Of a stretch of 64,000 bases of DNA, positions 45,138 through 61,364 are shown piece by piece. The DNA comes from the human T2T-CHM13v2.0 reference genome, Homo sapiens: NCBI RefSeq assembly GCF_009914755.1, contig NC_060927.1; one strand, given 5' to 3'. Each line of letters begins with the position of its first letter. Position 1 is the stretch's first letter. The position numbers and the translations under genes were made by a program. The notes below the pieces were generated by a model. It had not been told where the DNA came from, did no database searches, and saw nothing but the letters and a program-made list of their open reading frames with translations.

Positions 45138-45286
45138 TGTAGTTCTCAACACAGTTGAAAAAATACTACTGCTGGGTGCCACCTCCAGAGATTCTGGTTT
45201 CGTTAACCTGGGATAGGGCTGGGCATCTGTGTTTTGTAAAGCTCTCCAGAGGAGCCTCTGGTGCAGCCTGGGTTGAGAATCTCTGG
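45138..45286. mobile_element. MER5-like hAT MITE
   Basis: gtagttctcaac...cagagattctggttt...gggttgagaatctctg. Confidence 0.65.
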
Positions 45287-45696
45287 ACCATATATTGTCT
45301 AACCAAAGCAAATATACTCAGGTCCCTAGGGAAGAAGAGAAAATCCCGGAGGCATTTTGTCTAACCTCAAATTCAACCTTCCCTCTTTCCTGTGTTGTTC
45401 CTGATGATGTCAGGGCCTTTGGGAAGCTGTCAGACTTCCAGCCCCTTTACAGGGAGGAAGGCAGCCCCCAGCCTCCACCCACTCCTGACTGGAAGGACAG
45501 GAGTCAGAAATCTGCCAAGAACTTTCTAGATTGCCAACCAGGAAAACTGTCCTTAAAATTCTTTCTCCTGGGCAGTCCTCCTCCGGACCCTGCCTATGTC
45601 CGGTCTGGCCTGCGCCCATCCCTGGATGGGTGGCTGGAGTGCCTGCCTCCTGGCCCAGGCAAGCCCTGCGGATCCTGCAGCACCCTCTGGGCTCAC

Positions 45697-45861
45697 CAAT
45701 GAGGAAGTTGGCATAGGCTGCTGAGGTGCCATACTGCTTCTCCAGGAACTTGTTGAGGAAGGTGGAGAGGCCAGCAATGACGGAGGAGAAGGTGCACTGG
45801 GCCAGGACCACCAGGACGAAGAGTGAGTTCATCAGGAGCCTCAGAAAGATGCATGGAAACC
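45697..45861 (-). CDS. SLCO2A1: SLCO2A1 exon 8 (165 nt; [14 protein letters not shown]...AAYANFLIG)
   Basis: Inside ORF 45410..45913; cacag| and |gtgagc ends. Confidence 0.97.
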
Positions 45862-46048
45862 CTGTGAACAGACCGCTGTCAAGGCTCTGGCAGAACCCCT
45901 GGGCTGCAGGCACACCTAGGGGATGGGCCAGTTACAGGCCCTCTGCTCCTACTGTCCCTTACCGCACACAACACCACAGGGGCTGGGGTCCCCCTGGCCA
46001 CTATCCCCTCCCCCGCACTGTGCCAGCCCACCCAGGGCTGTAGGGTCA

Positions 46049-46171
<123 letters not shown>

Positions 46172-46976
46172 TCACTGTAGCCACCCTTCCCTGAGCCCTT
46201 GAGTCTCTGGCCTCAGAAGCTCAGGGCTGGGTGGAGGTGAGCCCCCTCCAGGCGTGTGTGCATGGGAGGGCATCCAGAGAATGCTCTCCTGAAGCAAACA
46301 GCACCTGCATTTCCGTGAGCCTGGTGTTTTGGCCGACAATCAGAACACATCTATGCCAATGCCTCCCACGATACCTGTGGGCATATCATTTCATATCTAA
46401 CTTTCCTATGACTGTTGCCAAAGGTGTCTTCCTGGACCCCACCCCTCACCCCCATCTGTCATGGCTACGCTTCTCCCCTACCCTCAGATTCCAGGGGATA
46501 CTGGCTTCTGGGACACTCTGGTCTAGAATGCCATCTGTTTCCAGCCCCACCGTCCTCCCCCTTTCTATCTCCTCTCTGGGATTCTTGCTTCCTCCTGAGC
46601 CTAAAGGTGAGTGCTGCTCAAGGCTCTGTCCTAAACCTTTACCTGCACTTTCTTGGGTATACTACCCCAGGGAACCTTCCTACCTCTTCTGACCTTGTCA
46701 GCTCCAGCCTAAGGCCCTGCAGCTCTGAACTACCTTTCAGATGCAAGGCCCCTGGGCTCTGACAGCATTAGGATCCTGCTGGGAACTCATCTCCAGGAAT
46801 AGGCTCTCCCATTCACTGAGTGCTTACTCCCTGCTGGACCTGTGCCCAGTATTCATATGCTTTGTCTCATTCCTCACAACGCTTTCCCATACTGCTACTC
46901 TAATTAGCTGGAGCACTGTAAAGAAGAGGAAGCTTAGGAACAAAGAAACTTGGCGAAGCTCACTCAGCTAGTTCAT

Positions 46977-47308
<332 letters not shown>

Positions 47309-47469
47309 AACTCAGCTGGTTTATAAGTAGCAGAGCTTCATTCAAACCCAGGTCTGCCTGACCCCAGCACCTGCATGATGTGTAGCCAACGTCTGAAATT
47401 CTTCCCCAAGACAAGCTGAGGTCCTCCCACCCCTGCCCCTCTCCCCCCGGCTGGGCCTAGATTTTATAT

Positions 47470-47990
47470 ACCTCATTGTCAAACATTGAGCTCTATTTTG
47501 GGACTTGAAGCCTAGGCATAAACTTTAGCTCCTTCTTCTCCTCCAAGCCAGCTCACTGCTGAGTCCTTCTGGGCATCCACCCTAGGAATGTCTATCCTTA
47601 TCTTTGCCCTGTCCCAGCTCTCCGACAACCATTGCTGCATTCCCCATCTCTCACCTGGTCTCTGCACTGGCCTCTTCAGATCTCCAGCCTCCATTCCTTC
47701 CCTACCCCCTAAACTCAACCTAGCTGCCATATTGCCACCCAAGTGGCCACCCAGTCACTGCAGTGCTCTAGAACTTCATGGAATTAGAACAATCTTTAGA
47801 CCCTTCAGCTGAACATCAAGCCCCTACCCAGACTTCTCTTCCTTGCTCTCCGTTCTCATCCTTCCCTGATTCCTTTCCCCAGCAGGCGTGACTGGAAGAT
47901 GCTTGGAAGGTCCTCTGCTCAAAATATGCTCCAATTTCAGCCACCCTCAACACTGTTCAATGCTAGGAATCCCTTCCTACTCAGTTTTTC
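47470..47990 (+). mobile_element. L2 fragment
   Basis: CT-rich L2 phrases tctgcactggcctc...ctccagcctcc. Confidence 0.55.
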
Positions 47991-48299
47991 AGGTTCAAAC
48001 ACTGAACACTGATAGGCCCTATTAAATGTAAAAGTTGACTGTACCAGGTCGCAGACTTGGCCTTTATTGGCTCTTAATTCTTTAGCTCAATTTAGATAAG
48101 CTCAGTGTTTCCCAAACTGTTCCCTGGAGGTCTCCTGATCCTTGACATGCTAACATGGTACGGGAACACATAGGAGATACCACCTTTTGGAAATTCACCA
48201 ACACCCTCACCTCTTAAAGCCTCTGGGAAGTCCTGCATCATGAAATTTGTTTAGATTTCACCCTGAATTTGCTTAACATGCTGCAGCTTTTTAGCTCTA

Positions 48300-48632
<333 letters not shown>

Positions 48633-50197
48633 CTAGATTCTTGGTCAAAACAACATTCCCTCTCCCAGCTATTGGTCTTCCCAGAGGACCAAGGCCACTG
48701 CACATGAAGCACAGCATCAGAAAATCCCCGGGCAGGAGGGAGCAGTACCTTCACCTCCTTATTCAACTCCCAGCCCTTGGCAGAAGTAGTGAAGAAGGGA
48801 GCTGACTCTCACTCACAAGGGCACACCATGGGCCAGACTCTAGACCACGTGCTTTCCATCTGTTTTCCACTGGGTTCTCTAGCAAGTCTGCCCACCTCTC
48901 ACCAGTCAAGAAACTGAGGATAGAAGGGGTTAAGTCCCTTGCCTCAGGTAAAGGCTAGTAAGTGCCATTTCATTGGTCAGTTTCAAGCCTGTGTCTCCCT
49001 GGTATGCAAACCTGCCCTCTTAACCATTAAACTACTGCCTCCCAACTTTATGGATCCCTAACAAAGGAGGCCCCATAATCCTTAGAAGCCTAAAGAAACA
49101 ACCATCAACTGTGTGAACTGCCTGGCTTCCAAAGGAGCAGCTTTCTCTTGGCAATTCTCTTGCACACGTGTAAAAGTCTGCCATTGTGTTTCTCTGTGTA
49201 AAGAAACTATCCGGGCATAAAGGGAAGGAGAAGGTGGCAGAACGGTTCAGTCAAATCATGACAAGCTTCCCTGGGCACTGCCCTGAGTGGACTGGGCACT
49301 CAGTTGCTGGTCTCTTTGGGCAACCAAGAGCCAGGAACCAATTCGGGGAGTGCCAGCAAAAGGACAGGGATGGCTTGATCCTGAGGCATAAGACACCCCC
49401 TGGCTTTCTACTTTCATTGGAAGTACAGCCAAATGACACCATGCAGATGGCACTGTGGTCTGACAGTCTTAGGGACGGGAGTCTAGGCTCTAGCAGCATG
49501 GTTGCAACTAGCACCTGCCAGATATCTGTGACGTGACTTGTTTGCAGGGCAGTGGTGGGAGTGCTCTTCCTGGAGTCTGGCTCAGTCCTGCCTTTCAGCC
49601 ACCCCTTCAGCCGAGCTGGAACTTCGTATCCCACCCACACACTCCCCACATTCTCCACCCTACAGCACTTTGCCTGTCCCTCTGTTGTGGTGCTGACCTT
49701 CCCCATCTTGTGGGAGACTGGGTAGTGTGGGACACACTCTCAAAGGCAGGAAGCCCTTGCTCCATTCATCCTGGGGCTGGCTCCCTGAATGGTTAACTCA
49801 GAACTTATGCTGGTGTCTAGGGACTATATATTCTCATCCATACCACTTGTTGAAGAATACGAACTCATACTGTTGACTTCTTAATATACATTAGGCTTGT
49901 TCTGATCTTTAAAACAACTTTATTTTACTATCATTAGCTCCATTTTACAGATGAGGAAGCTGAGGCACAGAAAGACAAAGTTACTTGCCTAAGATCACTT
50001 GGCTAGTAAGAGATGGAGCCAGGATGAGACCCAGGCAGTCCCGTCCCAGCGCCCACACAGTCAAACACCATGTTATACCCTCTGGATGTGAGTCATCATC
50101 CGTGTGTATATTTTATATGATGTTTCTTTTTTTTCCTCAAAAGAGCTCTTATTAAATCTTAAAGAACCAGCAACATCTTAGAATCAAAGAACCATAG

Positions 50198-50497
<300 letters not shown>

Positions 50498-50740
50498 CAT
50501 AGAAATATTTTTAATGCCACCAAGATGGGCGCTGTGGTGGCAACACCTGAGGTCCTGCCCTGGGTCTCCAAACTTCTTAAGGGCAGAAAGTGAGTTTGCT
50601 TCAGCAGCTTGTTCCTCACAGTGGCCAGCGTGGGCCCTGAGAGAGGAGGCACACACTGTCTGCTCCTGGCTCTCCGAGGGACTGCAGGGATGAGTGAGCG
50701 AGTGAGGAGGTGGCAGAGCGCATCTGGAGCTGAAGCTTCA

Positions 50741-51082
<342 letters not shown>

Positions 51083-51182
51083 TCAAGATTCCAAGACATA
51101 TAGAACCAAGGCTATTTCTTCCTCCAGCCAACTTCCAAAGAGACCTGCTTGCCAGGAAGGAAACAGGCTCCAAGGCATTTAA

Positions 51183-51712
<530 letters not shown>

Positions 51713-51829
51713 TAAGTGGATGTCTCAGAGAAGATATGTGTGTCCTGGCCTGTGCCTGAAGGACTAGTCAGAGAGCAACAGTAGGTGCTGTTGGTTTAGG
51801 GTCCATCCAGTGCCCAACACCAGCTAAGT

Positions 51830-52010
51830 GGTTACATATGCCATCTCATGTATCCCACAGCCATCCAGCGCACAGATAATATCAGCCTCCTCCTGGAGGT
51901 GAGAAACCTGGGGCCCTGGGGTTCAGCCATTTGCCTCAGATCACACAGCTGGGAGGTAATGGAGCTGACATTCAAACCAAGTCTGTCGGATCCCCAGGCC
52001 TCTGAACTCA
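51830..52010. mobile_element. MIR
   Basis: gaggtgagaaacctggggcc...ttgcctcagatcacacagct...attcaaaccaagtctgtc. Confidence 0.7.
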
Positions 52011-52111
52011 TTTGCTGGGTTGTAAGCAAAGAGGGTGGGACCTCAGTTTAGTGCCCCAGGGCCTCATCAAGTGCTACATCAGGACCTCACCCCTCCCCAA
52101 AGCCCTCTTCA

Positions 52112-52474
<363 letters not shown>

Positions 52475-53295
52475 CTAGCAAATGGGACATGGTTCCTGAG
52501 GACCGCGTCCTTCTGTCTGGCCAGCAGGAGGGACTCTAGAAACAAAGGTGTGAAAGAGAGGTGGAATGTGGGCTCCCCGGCCCCAGGAGCTGCTATTTCT
52601 CAGGTGGAGAGGAATCTTCCTCTCGTGAGTGTCCATGCCTTCTCCTCCATGGGCACTGGTGGGGAGCTGAGCACGGAGAAGTCAGTACCTTCATCTGTGG
52701 AGGAAAGGGGCACCCAGCTGGAAAAGGGGGAGGGGGTCCAGGGTCAAAGCCCAGGCCCGTCGGCCTCCAGCACCCTGTGCTCAGCCCTGGGGCTCTGGGC
52801 CCCCAGGGTTCTCTTCAGCAGGACAGAGGTCATGCTGTTGCACCGGGTTGGTGTCACCTACAACGTGGGTTGAGTCCCTGGTTGTGACTCCCAGGGCCTT
52901 TGCTTCTTAGTGAGCCCAGCTCCAAGTCACACTGGAAGACCTACTGCCAAAGACATTTAATATCCTTACCGTTCCGGGGAAGCTCCCAGAACTTCTGATG
53001 CTGGAGGGGCTTTAAGACCCTCTCGTTCAGCCTCTCATATTACAGATGGGGAAGCTGAGGCTGCTTCTCGAAGCCCTTCTGTGAGGGTCCCAGACACCCT
53101 GGGTGAGGCCTGTGGGCACTATGGTTCCTGTGGCTGTGGCCCTTGCCAGGCTGGGCTGCCGCTTCCATGCCTCTGTTTTTAATTTGGCCCACACTAAGCA
53201 ATCAGCATTGGCAGCTCTCCAAGGCCTTAGGGGTTCTCGAGGGCTCCTTTCCATGAGATCCCCTTTCCCTGTCTCATTCAGGCTAATGGAAACCA

Positions 53296-53386
53296 CTGAC
53301 GTCACCAATCTCACTCGCTTAACACTAATGGGATTCCGTTTAATTCTCACTTGTGCTGCCCTGAGCTAGGTGAGCCTAAGTCCCAC
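53296..53386. repeat. Copy 1 of a 91-bp dispersed direct repeat (CRE-containing)
   Basis: 6 mismatches versus 54319-54409. Confidence 0.95.
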
Positions 53387-54318
53387 AGAGAGGAAAACCG
53401 AGCGCCGTAGACTAGCCCTGCTCCTCACACTGGACTCTGCCGGTGCTGTTGGGCTCAGGGCTGCCCTGGATGGTGGGGCTGGGGAGAGGGGTCTGTGCTC
53501 TTCATTGCCCTTTCCCCTCTCCCCAGTCGCACACGCCTCGTCCAGCCTGGCCCCACTGTTGTCTGCCCTCTCCAGTGGTGTCTATGCAGGACACATTAGA
53601 AAGTTGCTGTCATGGGAGCTCCCCCATCAGTCAGGGAAGCCTGTCCCAGGAAAAGGAAAGGAAGCCAAGGCGTCTGTTTGGTCAGGGTCATCTAGACCTT
53701 CAATAGTTGTGTCCGTGGAAGGAAGCATCCTGGCAAGCAGCCAGGGACTGTAGTCAGGGTCCCTCTGTACCTCCCTCTTCCCACTCCATGTTCATTATCC
53801 TGCCTTTCAATGCAGAATTCAAATAGAGTGGCCCGACCACATGGTGATATAATATGCAACCTTTTAGAATTGGGGTGAAAATATAGCCTTTTTTTTACAC
53901 AGAAAGACAGCTGGAACAGCTTGTTAGAATAAAAAAATAGTAACTAGTAGCTTGGAGAAGAATATGTTCCCTAATTTATAAAACGTTTGTGGACTACTTG
54001 AATATGCAGAGAAAACCTCTGGAAGATGATGGCTCTCTCTGGGTGATGAGATTGTGCTGATCTTTTTTTATTTGCCTCATTTATTTTGTAATTTGTCTGG
54101 AATGAACACATTTCTTTTGTGTTAAAAGAAATACTTTTGAAATAAAGCAACAAAGTTTTTAAATTCAAGGTTTTTGTAAATAAATATATCCAAAGCTTAA
54201 CAACGTCTCTCCCATTTCTTCTTTGTCCCATTCCCATTGCCCTTCTTTCTGCTCTAGGCTCTAGGCCTGCAACAGTGGAGCTGAGTCTCTGCCCATCCCC
54301 ACCAACCACAACCCATCG

Positions 54319-54409
54319 CTGACGTCACCGATCTTGCTCACTTAACACTGATGGGATTCAGTTTAATTCTCACTTGTGCTGCCCTGAGCTAGGTGAGCCT
54401 AAGTCCCAC
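54319..54409. repeat. Copy 2 of the 91-bp direct repeat
   Basis: 1023 bp downstream of copy 1. Confidence 0.95.
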
Positions 54410-56702
54410 CAGAGCCCACCACCACCTCTCCCCCGTGGAGTGTTGGGCCTCTCTCTGATTTACAGGCTCTACCGTAGAGATCCAAGTCCTAGCACCAGAA
54501 ATGTCAAACACCCATGTACTGACAGGGCCAGGCCCTGTGCCAAGGTTGTGATGTATGTGGTCTCCTGCTCACAGGGGTTACTGTGAGCAGGAGACTACAT
54601 AAGACCATACCTAAGTAGCTGGTTTGGGGGTAGAGCTGGGATCCGAACCTGCATGTGTCTGACTCAAAGTCCAAACTGAAATCAAGTCTGATGGCAGCTT
54701 GAAAAGACAGAACACACATTTTTCAGGGATGGAAGAACATGGCATGGGAAGATTTCCTCCATCCCTAGCCACCTTCAGACATATGAGCTCTCTGACCTCT
54801 GTAGGTGGCTGGGACCTTACACCTACTTCCTCTCAGGAAAGGGGCTGGCTGCTGGGATGTGTGCTAGAATCTGGGACAATAAGATGAAATAAACACAGTA
54901 CAGGGAGTTAAGAAATTGGCTTTATCCCTAGGTAAGATAAAAATTGGTTTTATCCCTATGTATTCTTGAGCAAGTTTCTAAATGTCTCTGAGCCTTAGTT
55001 TCCCTTGGCGTAGAGGCCATAAGGTGGCTAGATAGAAAGATTCTCTGTGTCATTAAAGAGGTAGAAGACTATGGTTCCAAAAAGATGCCCAAGCATGAGA
55101 AGTCAGACCCTGCCAGTCCCACACCAGGTCTAGAGGCTGTGTCTGCCATCTTGAAAGAAGGCTGGTGCAGCTCAGTGATGCTGCAAGGGTCCTGAAGCAC
55201 AGAATTGTAAAATGCTCCTGCTGAAAGACCACAGGGGCTGTCTGGCCCACCCTCCCACTCAGGAATCTATCAAATGGACCATTTCCAACACCCAGAACTG
55301 GGTGTGGCGCTGGCTGACTCCTGCAGATCCCAGGGTGAGGTCAGGGTGGCTCTGAGTGGGCAAGGCTAACAGATGTTGGAAGGCCTGGACTGGGAGCCTG
55401 GGACCCAGATTCCTATGACCCTGAATTCGTGGCTCTCTATGTTGGTGATTTTGACTTTGAAAGCTCTCAGAGGACTCCAGGGAAGGACCAAGCACAGCAG
55501 AGGGTGAGAGGCTGCTGGTGGATCTGGTGGGCAGAGTGTTAGGCTCACTGGTCACTCCCCCAGTGCAGCAGCCAGACAGGACACCCGGGGCTGTTGCCCC
55601 AGGTGGGTAAGAGTTTATATGCACAGGCTATGCTGGTCTTTGGAGGGAGTGAGGGACAGGTAACATGGCCCCATGCTCTTCTCAGGACCAAATAGGCATG
55701 TAGGGGAAAGAGAGCTAAGCCAGCTGCTCAGCTTGGGAAGTGTTCAAACATTTATACAAACCCACCTGACCTGGCATGGCTAACTGACTCAACACAGCTG
55801 TGCAGTCACTCAAAGAAATCAACACGCACACTTCTCTGCTAACTTCTCTGTGCCAACTTTGACCAAACGGATGCATTTCTGAAGGACATATACTTTGCAT
55901 CCATAAATAAAAGGGCTGCTGCTACATTTCCAAGTGGGTATTTATTTCTGAAGATTCAGACAAATCTTGGGTACACTGTGTATGGAGAAATAAACAAAGT
56001 CTGAGTTCCCTAAAACCTCAGGTTGTTGTCATTCACAAGTGTGCTTGGCTGAGCCATTCCCCTCGGTGTGACAGTGGCTCTCTGTGGCACGTTGTCTCAT
56101 AGGCCGTGGGGTGGCAGGACCAAGTCTAAGTTATGTGGGAGCACGGTTTAAAGCAAATCACAATACCTGGAAAGAGATGCAAAGAATCAGCCTCTGTTCC
56201 CAGTTCAGCCACTGAAGGACCATGCCTAGATGCCTAGGTCTGAGCAGCTGCCCCTCAGCAGCAGTATGAGTGATACCTGCGTCACAGGGGAAAAGGAGAA
56301 CGCGGAGTCCTGAAAAGGACCTGGACCCAGTTACATTCATTCTTCAGTCGCTCAGTTATTTGGTTGATAGTGGCTGTGGGTGGGCACTCTGCTTGGGTGG
56401 GAGATGTGGGCATGACTGAGAGGCACAGGTACTGTGCCTAACAAACCCTGTGGTCCACTGTGGTACCCAGAGCATCAAAAAAGCAACCGTAATATTGCTT
56501 TATCAAATCAAAACTACAATGAGATATCACTTCATACCCATCAGGATGGCTATTACCAAAAAAAAAAAAAACAGAAAACGAGTGTTGGCAAGGGTGTGGA
56601 GCAATTAGAACCCTATGCATCGCTGGTGAGAATGTAAAGTGGTGTAGCCAATGTGGGAAGAAGAAGGGTGGTTCCTCAAAAACTGAAAAATAGAATCATC
56701 AA

Positions 56703-56984
56703 CACTGGGCGTGACGGCGCGCACCTGTAATCCCAATATTTTGGGAGGCCAAGAGGGGCAGATTGCTTAAGCCCAGGAGTTCGAGACCAGCCTGGGTAAC
56801 ATGGCAAAACCCTGTCTCTACTAAAAATACAAAAAATTAGCTGGGCATGGTGGTACGTGCCTGTAGTCCTAGCTACTTGGGAGGCTGAGGTGAGAGGTTG
56901 GCTTGAACCCAGGAGGCAGAGACTGCAGTGAGCCAAGATCCTGCCACTGCCTGGGCGACAGAGTGAGATCTTGTCTCAAAAAAA
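56703..56984 (+). mobile_element. Alu (AluJ-like)
   Basis: Outer TSD atagaatcatca (56690/57328). Confidence 0.92.
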
Positions 56985-56998
56985 AATAAATACTAATG

Positions 56999-57395
<397 letters not shown>

Positions 57396-59226
57396 TTAAA
57401 GAGATATTTGTACCCCCATATTCAGAGCACTATCTTCCTGATAGCCAAAAGTTAGAAACAGCCCAAATATTAATCAACAGATGAATGGGTAAACAAAATG
57501 TGGTATATGCAATGGAATATTATACAGCTGTAAAAAGGAAGAGAATCCTGACACATGCTACAGCACAGATGAGCCTTGAGGACATTATGCTAAGTGAAAT
57601 ATGCCAGACACGGAAAGACAAATGCTGTGTGATTTCACTGAGATGAGGGATCTAAGAAGTCAAATTCACAGAAACAGAAAGTAGAATGGTGGTTGCCAGG
57701 GACTGGGGGAGATGGGAATGAAGAGTTAGTGTTTAACAGATACAGAATTTTAGTTTGAGAAGATGAAAAAGTTCCAGGTGTGGATGATGATGATGGTTGC
57801 ACAGCATTGTGAACGTACCTTAATGCCACTGAACTATACACTTAAAAGTGGTTAAACAGTAAAATTTATGTTATATATATTTTGCCACAATTTAAAAATA
57901 TTGCACAGGACATGTGAAGCTGGGACAGGGTGCCAGGGAGCATATGAGAGAGGCAGCAGACCCAGTGTTGTAGGAGAGGACATTCTGGAGAAGGTTTCTG
58001 GAGAAAGTGGCCTCTGAACTGAGAAGAATCGACAGGCATAGATAGAAGATAAGGGTGGGGAAGTGGGGAGGTGAGGAGGAGAGAAAGAGAGTGTGGAAGG
58101 GCTCAGATGCGGGGGTGGTACATTCCACAACATGAATAAAGGTCAGTGAGGCTGGCGCTCAAACACAAGTCCTCCAGGGTGAGGCCTGGCTGCCCCTGGA
58201 GGACTTGTGCATGATGGGAAGGGGCCTGGATTGTATCCTAAGGAAAACTCCAGAAGGGTGAAAATCATGAGGGGTCAGTGCAATGAACACACTAGAGGAC
58301 TTAGGAGTAATGTGCAAGGCCCTGTCAACTGAGACGGGTAAGGAGGGGAGTTGATTCCATCAAGAAGCAGTCAATGCATAGTATGAGGGGCAGGGCTTAG
58401 TGGCTGCGAGGATGGTGAATGCATAGCCCAGAGGGTGTGTGCGTAGACACACAAGGCCAGGCTGCTGTAGGATAGCAGGGGCATGACATGAGAAACATCA
58501 CCGGGAAAAGAAAGGGCCAGAAAATGTGTGGGTTTTTTGAATGCTAGTTCTTGATTCTACTGATTCTCATTAATTTATTTAATACATATTTATTTGAACA
58601 TTGTTGCTGACTTGACTAGCAAAATCATTTTTTGCAAGGTATTTAATGGTCATCAAAGATGGTAAAAACATTGAATGACTTATTAAGTCTTCATACGGCA
58701 TGTTGCCTGCTGCACCACGGCCACAAAAATCCTCATGAAGTTCATCTCATGCAGTGTTCAGGAGGTGAAACTTTCTGGGGATTGTTTAACTGCTACCACT
58801 AACTTTAAAAATGTCGGATTACATGTCAGAAACTGCCTTTATTAAAATATGTATTTAAAAATAATCAATGGGCCCCAATTACATCCAAGTCTACTGAGTT
58901 CCTCTTGGCCTATTCTACATTCCAAATTGATTCAAGATCTTCCAAAGAACTTTCTTCCTTATGCCAACTCAATAGGGCCCAAACCCATCCCACATCCCAG
59001 ATCAAGTTCTGACACATATAAAAAAGGGAACAGCAGTTAAATGCAACCCCGAGGTCAGTGCTATCAGAGAAGCTGTGGCCCACTAACAGAACCGGCCTTA
59101 TGCGGGGACAGGTGTTTATGTCAGAGACAGATGTAGTGTGGGCTTCCCAGACAATCAAGCCTGAGACACCCTTGGCAGTGGGCGGCCCTGGCTAGCTCAC
59201 TCTGGTCAGAATAGAGTCTTCTAGAA

Positions 59227-59539
59227 TTTATTTTTATTTTATTTTATTTTATTTTTTGAGACAGAGTCTCGCTCTGTCGCCCAGGCTGGAGTGCAATAGC
59301 ATGATCTTGGCTCACTGAAACATCTGCCTCCCGGGTTTAAGCGATTCTCCTGCCTCAGCCTCCCAAGTAGCTGAGATTACAGGCACATGCTACCACGCCC
59401 AGCAAATTTTTGTATTTTTAGTACAGACAGTGTTTCACCATGTTGGCCAGGCTGGTCTCGAACTCCTGACCTCAGACGATCCACCCTCCTCGGCCTCCCA
59501 AAGTGCTGGGATTATAGGCGTGAGCCACTGCGCTCAGCC
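59227..59539 (-). mobile_element. Alu (AluS-like), intron 3
   Basis: Perfect TSD agtcttctagaattt. Confidence 0.95.
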
Positions 59540-61364
59540 AAGTCTTCTAGAATTTAGAACATTAAGCTCTTCCCTTATAAAAATAAGAGGACACACATTT
59601 TAAAAAAGAAAAAAAAATAGGAGGACAGGGATAGGAGTTCAAGGGGCAGGAAGAAGGGGAAGAAAAAGACCTTGTATGAGCACCAACCCCGTGGGCAGCC
59701 TCTGATCTAGCGACATTGATAATGGACAGCCTCTGGCAGACAGAATGGGGGACTTGAGTCTCTTTGCACCACTCCACACCTCTCCTCCCTGGAGCAAAAG
59801 CTCCAGCCTTTTCAGGAACTCGGGCACACATTAGGAAGAAACAGCAACCTCTCATTGCTTCGCAAGCACTCTAGTAAAGGCTGGAACACAGCTACTCCAC
59901 GTAACTTATAGAAGCATGGCAGGTTAGAGGTTGCTAACTCTGACCTTTCCACCAAGTCAAATCCTGTAGTAAGGTCAGGAACATGCCTGCCTTTTCCTGC
60001 TACCACAACCTCCAGAGACTGCCTGCCCAAACACAGCCACCTGCCCCTATCTTGGAGGGGTCTGGAGGAGGGAGGGGCGTCTATTTCTTAGCCAGGTATC
60101 AGTCTGTTTCTCATCTTCCCCCAGGCAACCTTCTGGAAGGCTCAAGTTCATCAGAGCACATTTTTTCCCATAGAACACCAGAGGGCTGGCTTTGCCAGTC
60201 TAGTTTTCACAGGGCTGTGAAATGTTAACTAGAAACAGGCCGGACCTCTTCCCTCCTCCAGCTCCCCCAGCCCCACCCCACCAGCACGTGAGTCAACCCT
60301 CTGACTCACTCCACCATTTAAATATGCAGAATTTCATTTCTAAATTCTGGACCCTCAGCAGCTTTAGAAATGTAGGAGTCTCTGTCAGGAAGGTCTACTT
60401 CCCTAGAAAGGAACCTCCAGAGATGGGGTAGATCTGGGGCAGGCCAAGGTCTAGCCATGCCGGTGTTCAAAGCCACATGTTTCAGCGCTCCGTCCCACCC
60501 CTCGGGATGGCCAGGCTGAGGCCAGCCTTCCAGCTGTCAAGGGAATAAATAGTAAGAGGGCTTTGCACCAAGGTCTAGAGCTGGGGTAGGGAGGGGACCC
60601 TAGAACGACCAAGCAACAAGAGAAGGCCATGGCAAGAGGGGCTTTCCTTTGACTAGTCATTCTCATCATTCTAGTAAAGCAAAGAGAGAGACTTCTGCCA
60701 GGAAAGAGGAGGGCTCCTTCAAGTCATGGCTCTTAAGAGCCACCCATCCCCTCCCTGCTCAGAAGGAGACATGGCTGTCATCTGGGAGTGTGTGGGTGAG
60801 TAGGGTCAAATGGGGAAGAGGTTAGCAAGCCCCAAACTTCAGAAGCAATCCATAAGAGAACAACAGAGAAAGGCAGGGGTGTTTCCAGAGAGTTATCTGG
60901 AATCATGGCCAAGGTGCCAAGCCCTTAAACTATCAGCACGACTCCTGGAACCTCATTCAGAATGTTCCACTCTGAAGGACTTATTTCCTCATCTCCTAAA
61001 TTCAGCTACTCTACAGTTCCTCCTGAAACTCTGGCAACACCCACTGGCAGGCTTGGAACAGACTGTCCCAAACTCACTCATGATCTGAGATCCCAAAGTC
61101 GATTGTAAATTGGGTTGTTTGCAAATCAGAAATGATTGGGTTTCCAGTGTAGTCCACAAAGCCTAGTTAATCCATAATGCCCCAGTAATAACATGTGTTC
61201 TATTCCAGCTAAACTAAGCCTCCATTTATAAAATGATTCCTATGGGCAAATGCACTCAGTTTCATCTTGGAAAACTAGGAGAACATAGTCTTCTGCCCCA
61301 GAGGAAAAAATGAGTTGACGTTGACAGTCTGGGGCACATTGTGGGGCAATGGAAGAAATTCACA

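Noticed and set aside
58600-58870. AT-rich block faintly resembling a mariner-type or other DNA transposon
   Set aside because: No TIRs or convincing peptide motif found by eye.
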